Assembly (NCBI RefSeq): GCF_963921235.1
Contig: NC_086108.1
Coordinates: forward strand, 78,928,001-78,992,000
Source: Mobula hypostoma
Lineage: Eukaryota
DNA length: 64,000 bases
Direction of reading: 5' to 3'
This document shows, piece by piece, positions 12,982 through 25,229 of the stretch (position 1 is its first letter; every line of letters begins with the position of its first letter). A program made the position numbers and the translations under genes. The notes under the pieces were generated by a model. That model was not told the origin of the DNA, searched no databases, and saw nothing but the letters and a program-made list of their open reading frames with translations.

Positions 12982-14555
12982 CATAAGACGTTGGAGCAGA
13001 AATAGGCGACTCGGCCCGTCAAGTCTGCTCTACCTTTCCGTCATGGCAGTTTGATTCTCCTTCTCAACCTCATTCTCCTGCCTACTCCCTGTAACCATTG
13101 ATGCCCATACTACTAAAGAGCCTACCAATCTCTGCTTTAAATACACCCCAATGCTTGGCCTCCACAGCTGTCTCTGGCAATGAATTCCACAGGTTAAGGA
13201 AACTCCTCCCCATCTCTGTTGTAAGGGGACACCCTTCTATTCCAAGGCTGTGCCCTCTGGTGCTACACTCTTTCACTATCGGAATTATCCTCTCCACATC
13301 CACTCTGTCTTGACCTTTCAACATTCAGTAGGTTTCAATGTGATCCTCCCTCATTCTTCTAAACTCAAGCAATTTCAGGCCCAGAGCCATCAATTATGCT
13401 CCTCATATATTAACCCTTTCAATACTGGGATTATTCTTGTAAACCTCCTGGACCTTCTTCAATGCATCTTTTCTTAGATATGTGGGCCAAATCTGCTCAC
13501 AATACTCCAAATGTGGTTTGACCAATATCTTTTAAATGTAATCCTCAAGTTCCAACAGCTGTGTAAGTTTAGAGAAGACAACCTCTGACCCTGCTAGACA
13601 GGTGAGATTGAGATGCGAGTCCACCCCGAAACCCCCCAGTTTTGTGGATGCTGCGTGATTTGTTACCCTGTTACAAATCAGTACTGTACCACAAAATAAC
13701 AGACACTATACCGCATGCAATTAAACAATTTAGCTTTATAATTCTTAACTTGACTACAGGGTTACTGAAGAAAAAGCAAAAAAAAGGCCCATTATAATGA
13801 AACAGTCTAATGTGCACAATTTGGAGCTCATGGTTTCCCCTTCGCCGATCCTCCATCGATCTCCCCGGCTTTCGTCGGACCATGGCTCCACTCCGTATCG
13901 AGTCCTACGATCTCCTCCCTCTGTCTTCTCTCTTTATCTCCCGCTGAAGAAAAGACCCAGATCATCCTGGTGTCAGGCACACCGCATGAAAACACTGTCC
14001 CACCACTGGATGGCTCACATTCGTAAGCACCCGTTATCTCTAACCATAACCCAAACACTGCTTCTACAGAAAGACTATTACATTAGCAGTGAAACCTTTC
14101 CCAGGGTGTTACATAAAGCTTTAGCTTTACATCCTTGGTATTATAGTTTATCCTTCTTAATATGAATACTAACATGGCACTTGCCTTCCTTAATATCAAC
14201 TCAGTACTAAGTTTCCTCGGTCCCTTTGCTCCTCCAATGTCTGAATTTACTCCCTGTTTAGAAAAGATTCTATACTTTTTTTCCTTCTATCAAAGTGCTT
14301 GACCATACACTTCTCTACACTGTATTCCAACTGCCACTTCTTTGTCCATTCCTTTAAAACAAAGAAAGAATGTTATTTTGTTTCGATGGTATACATGTAC
14401 CGTATATGATTGATAATAAAATAAATTTGAACTTGTATTTGAACTTAAGCTTCGTCTATCCAAGCCCTACTACAGGCCCCTGGCTTCCTGCCCCTCCGCC
14501 TGTCTTTGTATCATCCACAAACTTGGCCACAAAGCCTTCAATTCCATCATCCAGA
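12982..14555 (-). mobile_element. degraded CR1 3' part interrupted by a solo LTR
   Basis: ccataagacgttggagcag tail; ORF 13082..13324 resembles the CR1 RT C-terminus; homology resumes after 14117. Confidence 0.75.
13537..14113. mobile_element. solo LTR (Gypsy-type)
   Basis: TGTAA...TTACA termini and a 4-bp TSD TAAA; it interrupts a CR1. Confidence 0.8.
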
Positions 14556-14562
14556 TAATGGA

Positions 14563-15575
14563 TTTGAATTGACTTTATTTCTTACATCCACATACATGAG
14601 GAGTAAAAATCTTTACATTATGTCTCCACCTCAATGTGCAATCATAGTAATTTATAATAATTTATAATAAATAGAACAGTCAATGTAATATAGACTACAC
14701 TCAAATCAGAGTGCGTTCATCACTCTGATGGCCTGGTGGAAGAAGCTATCCCTGATCCTGTTGGTCCTGGCTTTTATGCTGCGGTACCGCTTCCGGGATG
14801 GTAGCAGCTAGAATAGGTTGTGGTTGGGATGGCTTGGGTCCCCAATGATCCTACGGGCCCTTTTTATACACCTGTCCTTGTAAATGTCCTGAATCATGAG
14901 AATTTCACAACTACAGATGTATTGGGTTGTCCGCACCACTCTCTGCAGAGTCCTGCGATTAAGGGAGGTACAGTTCCCATACCAGGCAGTGATGCAGCCA
15001 GTCAGGATGTTTTCAATTGTGCCCCCGTAGAAAATTCTTAGGATTTGGGGGCCCATACCAAACTTCCTCAACCATCTGGTTCCTCAACCAAGAGGTTGCT
15101 ACTGGTATCAATAGCTGGTGTGCACATACCATGTGAGGTCCTCGGTGATGTGGATGCCGAGGAACTTGAAGCTGTATACCCCCTCAACCCCAGATCCATT
15201 GATGTCAACAGGGGTTAGCTTGTCTCTATTCCTTCTGTAATCCATAACCAGCTCCTTTGTTTTTGCGAGATTGAGGGAGAGGTTGTTTTCTTGACACCAC
15301 TGTGTCAGAGAGATGACTTCTTCCCAGTAGGCCATCTCATTATTGTTTGAGATAAGGCCAATCAATGTAGTGTCATTGGCAAATTTAATTAGCAGATTGG
15401 AGCTGTGGGTGGCGATACAGTCATGCGTATACAAGGAGTAAAGGAGGGGACTCAGTATACAGCCCTGAGGGGCTCCTGTATTGAGAGGCAAAGGGTTAGA
15501 GGTGAGGGAGCCCACTCTTACAACCTGCTGGCAATCTGACAGGTACTCCAGGATCCAGCTGCACCAGACAGGGAT
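14563..15575 (-). mobile_element. Rex1/Babar LINE 3' fragment
   Basis: ORFs 15108..15584 (GAPQGCILSPLLYSLYTHD, KFANDT) and 14808..15071; AATAAA and a (TTCAA) tail at about 14563-14580. Confidence 0.88.
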
Positions 15576-17149
15576 ATAAAACATAATGTGAAAATTAGCA
15601 GATCCAACACTGACCTCTATGGAACACCACTAGTAGCCAACTACAAACGTGTGTAGAAAAGCCTCCCTTTATTCCCATTCTTTGCCTGCCAGTCAGCTAA
15701 TCTTCTGTCCATGCTGATATCCTTCCTATAATGCCATCAGTTCCTTTCTTTCATGAGCTGAACATGCCTCAAATTATTTTATTCCTAATGGTGACTGAAG
15801 TGTAATCACTTGTAATTTTTCATTTGCACTGTAATTTGTCGTAATGTTTTCAGATTACCTCCAGAAATTTCCCTAGCCTCTCCACTGTGCCACTTTCATC
15901 TCCTTTTGGACGTTTATTAAAATTTGCCTTCTTTAACAAAACCTTGGTTACAGGTCATAACACTTCCTTCTGGGCTCTGTTTTAAACTTTGCTGCGTAGT
16001 GTCCTGAGATTTTGCCAAATTTATGTACTGTATATAGGCTTTATTATTATTGCAAGAACTGTGGCCATATTGTGCTTCACATGACCTAATAAAAGTATTT
16101 TTATTTCCAAAATAAATTTACTTCCAAAAAATTTGTTTTAGTGATGATGCAAGAGTGATAAATAATTCTGCAAAATAAGCAACATTTTTGCAACATTCTG
16201 CTTTTATCCAAAACTATCCTTGGAGAATATTACAAGCATGATATCCATAAGACACAAGAGCAGAATTAGGTCCATTGCTCCATCAAGTCTGCTCCATAAT
16301 TCCATCATGGCTGATTTATTTTCCCTCTCGACTCCATTCTCCTGCCTTCTCCCCATAACCTTTGACACCTTTACTAATCAAGAAACTATCAGCATCTGCT
16401 TTGAATATACCCTATGACTTGGCCTCCACAGCTGTCTATGACAATGAACTCGATAGATTAATATAGATTATAGATCTATAGATTAATTATCCCTCTGGAT
16501 AAAAAAAATCATTCTTGTCTCTCTTCTGAAGGGGCATCCTTCTGTTCTGAGACTGTACCCTCAGAATGCAAGGACCAATACTACTTTATTTTCTTAAAGT
16601 AGAATTGGTTAAGGAGATATCCAATGGTGGCTTTACTCTTTATTAAAATGTGGTAGTGGGATTGGCTTTAAATGACGTGGAGGATTCATGCTACAAGTCA
16701 CATGATCAAGATTCTGAACAAGAGAGTCTAACCACATATCCTTGACATTCAATATCAATACTTCAGATATCCCAGAGATCGTCACTGAGGGAATCTTGTA
16801 GCTGTAAGATCAGGTCTGAGACTGTGCAGCCAAAAGGTGAGCAACTCACTTTTCTGGCTCCTCAGACTCTCCATGATCTATCAAGCACAAGTCAGGAGCG
16901 TAATGGAACACCTCCTTGTTGCCTGGATTCATTCTTTCCTCTGTTGGTGTACACTGGCTCCACTACACTTATTTGATTACACTATGTCAACAAAAGTTCT
17001 TAAACCTACACTGACCAATACATCAAGGACAAAGGCAGCTGACATGAGGAAACACTACAAGCTGCATATTCCTTTCCAAGTTACACATCATCCTGACTTG
17101 GACATTCCTTCACAGTGATTTCATCACCTGAATTCTTGGAAACCCTCAT

Positions 17150-18900
17150 CTAACGAGATGGGGTACCTAGCCAAGCTTGAAAGACCTGTGCTGATCAACT
17201 GGATGGAGTGTTCACTGAGATCTTCATCCTCTCACTTTGGCAGTCTGAGGTACCCAACTGCTTCAAGTAGGCTTCAACTACACTGGTGCCCAAGAAGAAT
17301 GCATAACCTGCCTCAATGACTATTGTTCAGTAACACTAACAAAAGACCATAAGACATTGGAGCAGAATTAGGCCATTCAGCCCATTGAATCTGCTCCACC
17401 ATTTCATCATGGCTGATCCCAGATCCCATTCAATCCCATACAGCGGCTCTCTCACCATATCCCTTGATGCCATGACCAATCAAGAATCTCATCTTCCGCT
17501 TTAAATATACCTGCGGACTTGGCCTCCACCGCGGTCTGTTGTAGAGCATTCCACAGATTCACCACTCCTTAGCTAAAAAAATTCCTCTTTACTTCTGTTC
17601 TAACCGGTTGCCCCTCAATTTTGAGGCTGTGCCCTCTAGTTCTGGGTACCCCCACCAGAGGAAACATCCTCTCCACGTCCACTTTATCTAGTCCATGCAA
17701 CATTCGGTATGTTTAATTGAGATCTCCATGCATTCTTCTAAATTCCAGTGATTGAACATCACCAGTGATGAAGTGTTTGGTGATGAAACATATCAATTCC
17801 TGCCTGAGAAAGGATTCAGACCCATTCCAATTTGCCAACCGGAGCAACAGGTCCACAACAGATGCCATCTCACTGGCTCTCCACTCAACCCTGGTACATC
17901 TGGACAGTAAAGATGCATTCATCAGGATGCTCTTTATCGACTGCAGTTCAGCATTCAATACAATCATCCCCTCAAAACTAATCAATAAGTTCCCAGACAT
18001 TGGCCTCAGTATCTCCTTGAGCAATTGGATCCTTGAATTCCTCACTTGTAAACCCCAGTTCATTTGGATTGGCAACAACATCTCCACAACAATCTCCTTC
18101 AACACAGGTGCACCACAAGGCTGTGTGCTTAGCCCCCTGCTCTACTTGCTTTACACTTATGACTGCAGCTAAGCACAGCTTCACTGTCGTAGGCTGAATC
18201 AAAGGTGGTGACAAATCAGCATATAGGAGGTAGATTGAAAATCTGGCTGCGTGACGCTATAACAACCTCTTGCTCAATGTCAGCAAGACCAAGGAGCTGA
18301 TTATTGACTTCAGAAAAGGAAACCAGAGGTCCATAAGCCTGTCCTTATCAGAGGATCAGAGGTGCAGAGGGTCAGCAACTTTAACTTCCTCAGGGTTTTA
18401 ACGTCGGAGGACCTGTCCTGGGCCCAGCATGTAAGTACAATTATGAAGATAACACGGCAGTGCCTCTACTTCCTTAGGAGTTTGTGGAGATTCAGCATGA
18501 CATCTAAACTTTGACAAACTTCTTTTGATGTGCAGTGTAAAGTATATTTGACTACCTACATCACAGCCTGATATGAAAGCGCCAATGCCTTTGAATGGAA
18601 AATCATACAAAAAGTGGTGGATATGTCCCAGTTCATTACGGGTAAAGCCCCTCCACCATTGAGCACATTTATATGAAACGCTGTCACAGGAAAGCAGCAT
18701 CCATCATCAGGGATCCCCACAACCTAGGACATGCTCTCTCCTCACTGCTGCCATCAGGAAGAAGTTACAAGAGCCTCAAGGCTCATACTACCAGGTTCAG
18801 AAACTGTTACTGCCCCTCAGCCAGCAGGCTCTTGAACCAAAGGAGATAACTTCATTTGCACCATCATTGAACTGTTCCCACAACTGATGAACTCACATTC
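17150..18900 (+). mobile_element. Rex1/Babar LINE remnant interrupted by a minus-strand CR1 3' end (about 17345-17750)
   Basis: ORF 17765..18172 ([30 protein letters not shown]). Confidence 0.85.
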
Positions 18901-19650
18901 AAGAACTCTTCAACATTCAAGTTTCAAGACTCATTTATTATCAAAGAATGTATGTTATATAACTTCGAGATTTATTTGCTCACAGGAAGCCACAAGGCAA
19001 GAAACCCAAAAGAAATCAATTAAAGAAAATATAATAAAAGACCAACACATGATGCACAAGAGAAAGAAAAAAAAATAGAAATCATGCAAACAATTAAAGT
19101 GAACAACAACAGCATTCTGAACCAAAATTGAGTCCTCATATCCGAACCTCGGAGCAGCCCAGAGCAGGCCAAAGCCTGACTTATCAGTTATTCATAGTAG
19201 TGGCCACAGAGCACAGCAGCCAAGGCAGTCTTTACAGCCTCAGCACCATGGAGAGAGGAGTGACCATCACAGAGAGCGAGTGAAGTCGACTCTCATCCTG
19301 ACCGACACGTTGTCTTTTCAGTCTATCTGAGCTGGCATTTGAATTGACCCAACAACGGAACAGCAAAAGGCTCCGCACCCTGGAGAGAGGAGTGAAGATC
19401 ACGAAGAGCAAGTGAAATTGGCTCTTGCCTCCGATCTAGGCCAGCGTTTAAATTGTTTAAACAGCGAATCGTACCATGCACTAGGACCCAGCTACAGCAA
19501 AAGGCTCCTGGCCTAAACCACGCCATCCAGCAACTTGCTCTGGGCCCAGATTTCATTACCCAGTGAAAAGTTATCCCTTTGGTTCAAGAGCCTGATTGAG
19601 GGACAATGAGTATTATCTTATGCTCTCCATATTGCTTACTTATTTACTTA

Positions 19651-19694
19651 GTTGTTTGTTTGTTTGTTTGTTTGTTTGTTTATTTATTTATTTA
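19651..19694. repeat. (TTTG)n(TTTA)n microsatellite
   Basis: Seen directly in the sequence. Confidence 0.9.
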
Positions 19695-19776
19695 TGCATT
19701 TGCACGGTTTGTAACTGTTTGGACATTGGTTGAACGCACAAATTGGGGCAGTCTTTCATTGATTCTGTTATGGTTA

Positions 19777-20406
19777 TGTAACGCTCAGCCATATTGGCTT
19801 GTATTTATCTAGGGGAAACCCTGTCTGCCGCCCAACCTTGTCTCCCAGTTACGTTGGTTGCTGTGCAACTGCCACCTGATTTGGCTTCAAACATCAATCA
19901 TCAGCCAGCACACAATGTACGTTTTACAAATCACACTTTATAAATCTTACTAGGACTATGAGATTAATAGAGGTACAATACAAAAGGGAATGAAAAAGGC
20001 GCCAGACTTGTCAAAGTTCAATTTCTCCCTGCACACGTTGGAGCTCGGGACCTTCTTTCTTCCCCCTGCGATCCGCTCTGACCCCCTCGACTCGCAGCTT
20101 GGGACCACCCAAAGTGATGGACCAGAGCGCTCCCAGCACGTCCGTCGTCCCCCCGGTCTCTCCTCCAACTCCCCGTCGTCCTCCCGGTCTCTCCTCCAAC
20201 TCCCCGCCAAAACCCATTTCCCAGCCATATGAGACAGCATATCACCCCAGGAAAGAATAACATGGACACCCATTGGTTCATTTGCTCTATTATCAATAAT
20301 ATCACCCAAGCAAACTGCTAGCTAGAGAACTTTCTCAGCATTTAACATAACAAAGAAGCCATTTTAATTAACATACGCAGTAACATAAAAGAAGAAACCC
20401 CTGACA
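19777..20406. mobile_element. solo LTR (Gypsy-type)
   Basis: TGTAAC...TGACA termini, a 4-bp TSD GTTA, and an internal tandem duplication of about 30 bp (cgtcgtcc.ccggtctctcctccaactccc). Confidence 0.8.
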
Positions 20407-21724
20407 GTTATTATTCTATTATGGATTTATTGAGTATGCCCACAAGAAAATGAACCTTAGGGTTGTACATGGTCATATATATGTACTTAATAAACTTACT
20501 TTGAACTTTGATTTCATAATTTCTTGAACAATTTCATAATTTATTCGTATTTCAAAATGATTACAACAGAATGCAAAAAAGTGGCTATTTAACTGTCAGA
20601 GATTTTCATCCGTGACATCATGGCAGTTTTCTACCTCAGCTCTAATGGCCTCCGTATCTCAATCCCTTTAATATTTTTCATTGTCAAATGCATTCAGACC
20701 AAAAACCAGCCATCAGTCATATACACCTCAGTAGAACTTCCACTGAGGCAAGTATATTCACATTCAAAAGACATGGAGTATGGAACATTTTAGCTGTCAT
20801 CTAACAAGGAAGTAATGCTAAAGCTTTATAATGTATTTGTCTATCTTGCCTGATATTCCCTCAAAGAATTCCAATAGATTTGTCAAGCAAGATTTTCCTT
20901 CAGGAAGCAAAATATTTTATCAAGTACTTCCAAGTACCCTGAAACTTCATCTTTACTAATGGACTCCAACATCTTCCCAACCACTGAGGTCAGACAAGCT
21001 GGCCTATAATTTCCTGTATTTTGCATCCCTCTCTTCTTAAAGGGCAGAGTGGCATTGGCAAGTTTACTGTCATCCAAAACTACTCTTGAAAATCTTAAGG
21101 GTTTTTGAAAGACCATTACTAATGATGCCTCCAGCTACATCTTTCAAAATCCTGGTCCAAATCAGTTATCTACCCTCAGACGTTTCAGCTTTTCATTGTA
21201 GCCAAATGTCCCCTATTGTCCCCTTATTCTTGTAGGTTGTAAACTCCAAACTATTTGTAAAGCAGCATTTCATGTTTTTAAAATTTATATATGGAATGTG
21301 GGTATTATTGACTACAGCAGTATTGATTCTCCAGATCTTATTGCCATGGGGAACATGGTGACTTGTGTTTGGCAGACTGTGTCTACCATCCCAGTACCTC
21401 TCCCACCCGAAGCAGTGCTGTTCCCATTCTTCCGTGCCCTTGGTTCTTCTAAGTGGCTCAATCCAAAACTATTCTTGAAAATTCTAAGGTCAGGTATTGT
21501 CAAATCAGTATGATATCCTACTTTGTCAAAAATCCTATTAATTTCAAGCAAAGTAGTCTTTGAAGGTAATGATAGTGAATAGTTAGAATGGTGAAAGCAT
21601 GGCAAGCAGGTGAGCTGCTTTATTCTGGACAGAATGGACTTGGTGGTGTTAAGTTGCACCCATTCAGGGAAACAAAGAGCAGCCTACCTCCCTTCTTCCC
21701 TCCCTGTCAATTTTGCAGCACATT

Positions 21725-22520
21725 TCAAAGTTCAAAGTAAGTTTATTACTGAAGTACATAAGCGTCACTATAGACAACAGAGGATTCAGTTTCTTGCTTG
21801 GCATACTCAATAAATCTACAGAATAATAACCCTAACAGAATCAATGAAAGACCGTCCAATTTGGCATTCAACCAGTGTGCAGAAGACAAAACATTGTGGA
21901 AATACAAAAAGAAAGAAATAATAATAATTAAAAAAATAAGCAATAAGTATCAAAATCTTGAGTTGAAGAGTCCTTGAATGTGAGTCCACAGAGAGTGGGA
22001 ACAATTCAAGGATGGGGCAAGTGAAGTTATCCCCTTTATTTCAAGAGCCTGATGGTTGAGGGGTAGTAACTGTTCCTGAGCCTGGTGATGTGAGTCCTGA
22101 GGTTCCTGTACCTTCTTCCTGATCGCAGCAGTGAGAAAAGAGCATGTGCTGAGTGTCGGGCCCTGTGATGATGGATGCTTCTTTCTTGCAACAGTGTCTC
22201 ATGTAGATGTGCTAAATAGTGGGAAGGGCTTTACCTGTGATGGACTGGGATATATCCATTACTTTTTGTAGGATTTTCTGTTCAAGTGCATTGGTGATCC
22301 CATACCAGGCTGTGATGCAGCCAGTCAATACACTCCGCGCTGCACATCTATTGAAGCTTGTCAATATTTTAGATGTCATGCTGAATCTACACAAACTCTT
22401 AAGGAAGTAGAGGTGCTGCTGTGCTTTCTTTATAATTGTATTTATGTGCTGGGCCCAGGACAGGTCCTCTGAAATAATAACACTGAAAATTTAAAAGTTG
22501 CTGACCCTCTTCAACTCTGA
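21725..22520 (-). mobile_element. Rex1/Babar LINE 3' remnant
   Basis: ORF 22212..22394 (SVLTGCITAWYG) and a 3' tail ttcaaagttcaaagt. Confidence 0.75.
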
Positions 22521-25218
22521 TCCCCACGGCATGATGCAGCAGCCACCATGATTCACAGTAGGGACGGTGTATTTTTGATGATGTGTGGTGTTTGGCTTAC
22601 GCCAAGCATAGAGTTCAGTCTGATGGACAAAAAGCTGAATTTTGGTTTCACCAGACCATAGAACCTTCTTCCAGTTAACTTCAGAGTCTCCCACATGCTT
22701 TCTGGCAAACTCTAGCCGAGATTTCATGTGAGTATTTTTTAACAGCAGCTTTCCCTTTGCCATTCTCCCATAAAGCTGGGACTGGTGAAGCACCCGGCCA
22801 ACAGTTGTTGTATGCGCAGTCTCTCCCATTCCAACCACTGAAGCCTGTAACTCCTCCAGAGCTGTCATAGGTCTCTTGATGGCCTACCTCGTTAGTCCGC
22901 TTCTTGTATGGTCACACAGTTTTTGAGGACGGCCTGCTCCAGGTGGATTTACATCCGTCCAATATTTCTTCCATTTCTTCATGATTTGAATTGAATTGAC
23001 TTTATTACTTACATCCTTCATCTTTACTTTATGTCTCCGTCTAAATGTGCAACTTATAGTAATTTATAATAAATAGGATCTACAACAGGACTCTCAGTAT
23101 AACATAGAAATACAATTGTATCAGCATGAATTAATCAGCCTGATGGCCTGGAGGAAGATGCTGTCCCAGAGCCTCTTGGTACTGGCTTTTATGCTGCGGT
23201 ACCGTTTCCCAGACGGTAGCAGCTGGGACACTTTGTGGTTGGGGTGACTTGGGTCCCGAATGATCCTTTGGCCCTTTTAACATACCTGTCTTTGTAAATG
23301 TCGTGTATAGTGGGAAGTTCACATCTGCAGTGCGCTGGGCTGTCTGCACCACTCTCTGCAGAGTCCTGCAATTGAGGAAAGTACAGTTTCCATACCAGGC
23401 AGTGATGCAGCCAGTCAGGATGCTCTCAATTGTACCCCTGTAGAAAGTTCTTAGGACTTGGGGGCTGATACCAAACTTCTTCAACCATCTGAGGTGAAAG
23501 AGGCACTGTTGCGCATTTTTCACCTCACAGCCAGTATGTACAGATCACGTGAGATCCTCAGTGACGTGTATGCTGAGGAACTTAAAGCTGTTCACCCTCT
23601 CAACCCCAGATCCATTGATCTCAATAGGGGCTAGCCTGTCTCCATTCCTCCTGTAGTCCACTACCAACACCTTTGCTTTTGCGACATTGAGGGAGAGGTT
23701 ATTTTCTTGACACCACGGTGTCAGGGTGATGACTTCTTCTCTGTAGGCTGCCTCATTATTATTTGAAATTAGGCCAATCAATGTAGTATCATCAACAAAT
23801 TTAATTAGCAGATTGGAGCTGCACATGGCAACACAGTCATGGGTATACAGAAAGTAAATGAGGGAGCTTAGGACACAGCCCTGAGGGGCACCTGTGTTCA
23901 AGGTCAGATGGGCATAAGTGAGGGGGCCCACTCTTACAACCTGCTGGCGATCTGACAGGAAGTCCAGGATCCAGCTACACAAGGCAGGGTGAAGGCCGAG
24001 GTCTCTGAGCTTCTTGTTGAGCCTGGAGGGAATTATGGTGTTGAATGCTGAACTGTAGTCCAAGAACAGCATTCTCACATAAGCATCCTTCTTCTCCAGA
24101 TGTGTAAGGACGGTGTGTAGATCTGTGACTATTGTGTCATCCGTCGTTTGGTTGTGTCGGTGGCCAATTGCGGAGGTTCCAGCATGGATGGTAGCAAGCT
24201 GCAGATGTAGTCCTTGACCAACCTCTCAAAGCATTTCTTTATTATTGAGGTGAGTGTGACAGGATGCCAGTCGTTCAGACATGTTACCTTGGTCTTTTTA
24301 GGTACAGGGACAATGGTGGACATTTTGAAGCAGGAGGGCACTCTACACTGGGAGAGGGAGAGATTAAAAATATCTGTAAACACACCTGTCAGTTGTGCCA
24401 CACACATTCTGAGTACCTGCCCTGGGATGCCATCTGGCCCCACAGCTTTGTGACTGTCCACTTGTTGGAACCACCTGTGTACCTCAGTCTCAGAGATGAC
24501 TAACTTGCAGGCCTTTTCAGCGGGCTCTCCTCAGGGGCTCAGTGTTGGCAACATCGAATCAAGTGTAAAAAAGATATAGTTCATCTGGGAGAGAGGCAGG
24601 AATGCATTTAGCTTTGAAGTCTGCAATGGTGTGCAGACCTTGCCATAAGCTGCGTGTGTTGTTGGTGGAGAATTGTGTTTGGATCTTGCCCCCGGATTGA
24701 TTGACTTAACTGTACTCCAAGGGATATTCAGTAACTTGGAAATTTTCTTGTATCCATCTCCTGACTTGTGCTTTTCAATAACATTTTTACAGAGTTGCTT
24801 GGGGTATTCTTTTGTCTTCAGGGTGTAGTTTTTGCCAGGGTACTGACTCACCAGCAGTTGGTCCTTCCAGATACAGGTGTATTTTTACTACAATCAGTTG
24901 AAACACCATGACTGCTCACAGGTGATTTCCATTTAAATAATTATGTGACTTCTAAAACCAATTGACTAAATCAGTGATAATTTGGTGTGTCATATGAAAG
25001 GGGGTGAATACTTATGCAAACAATTATTTTGTGTTTTATATTTGTAATTAATTTAGATCACTTTGTAGAGACCTGTTTACACTTTGACATGAAAGAATCT
25101 TTTTCTGTTGATCAGTGTCAAAAAAAAGCGAAATTAACTCCACTGTGAGTCAATGTTGTAAATCAATAAAATATGAAAACTTTTGGGGGGGGTGGGGTTA
25201 TACTTTTTATAGGCACTG
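22521..25218 (-). mobile_element. Tc1/mariner transposon remnant (left TIR at 25218), split by a Rex1 insertion
   Basis: Terminal aggcactg|ta; transposase fragments 24531..24851 (KHKSGDGYKKISK) and 22491..22868 (WKKVLWSGETK). Same family as 43594-45088. Confidence 0.88.
22987..24697 (-). mobile_element. Rex1/Babar LINE, 5'-truncated, nested in Tc1
   Basis: ORFs 24129..24461, 23545..24078 and 23131..23523; a (TTCAA)n tail; a short TGATT duplication. Confidence 0.9.
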
Positions 25219-25229
25219 TATGTACTGTC

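Noticed and set aside
20143..20205. Direct repeats suggestive of CRISPR
   Set aside because: Two adjacent tandem copies without spacers, inside an LTR, in eukaryotic DNA.
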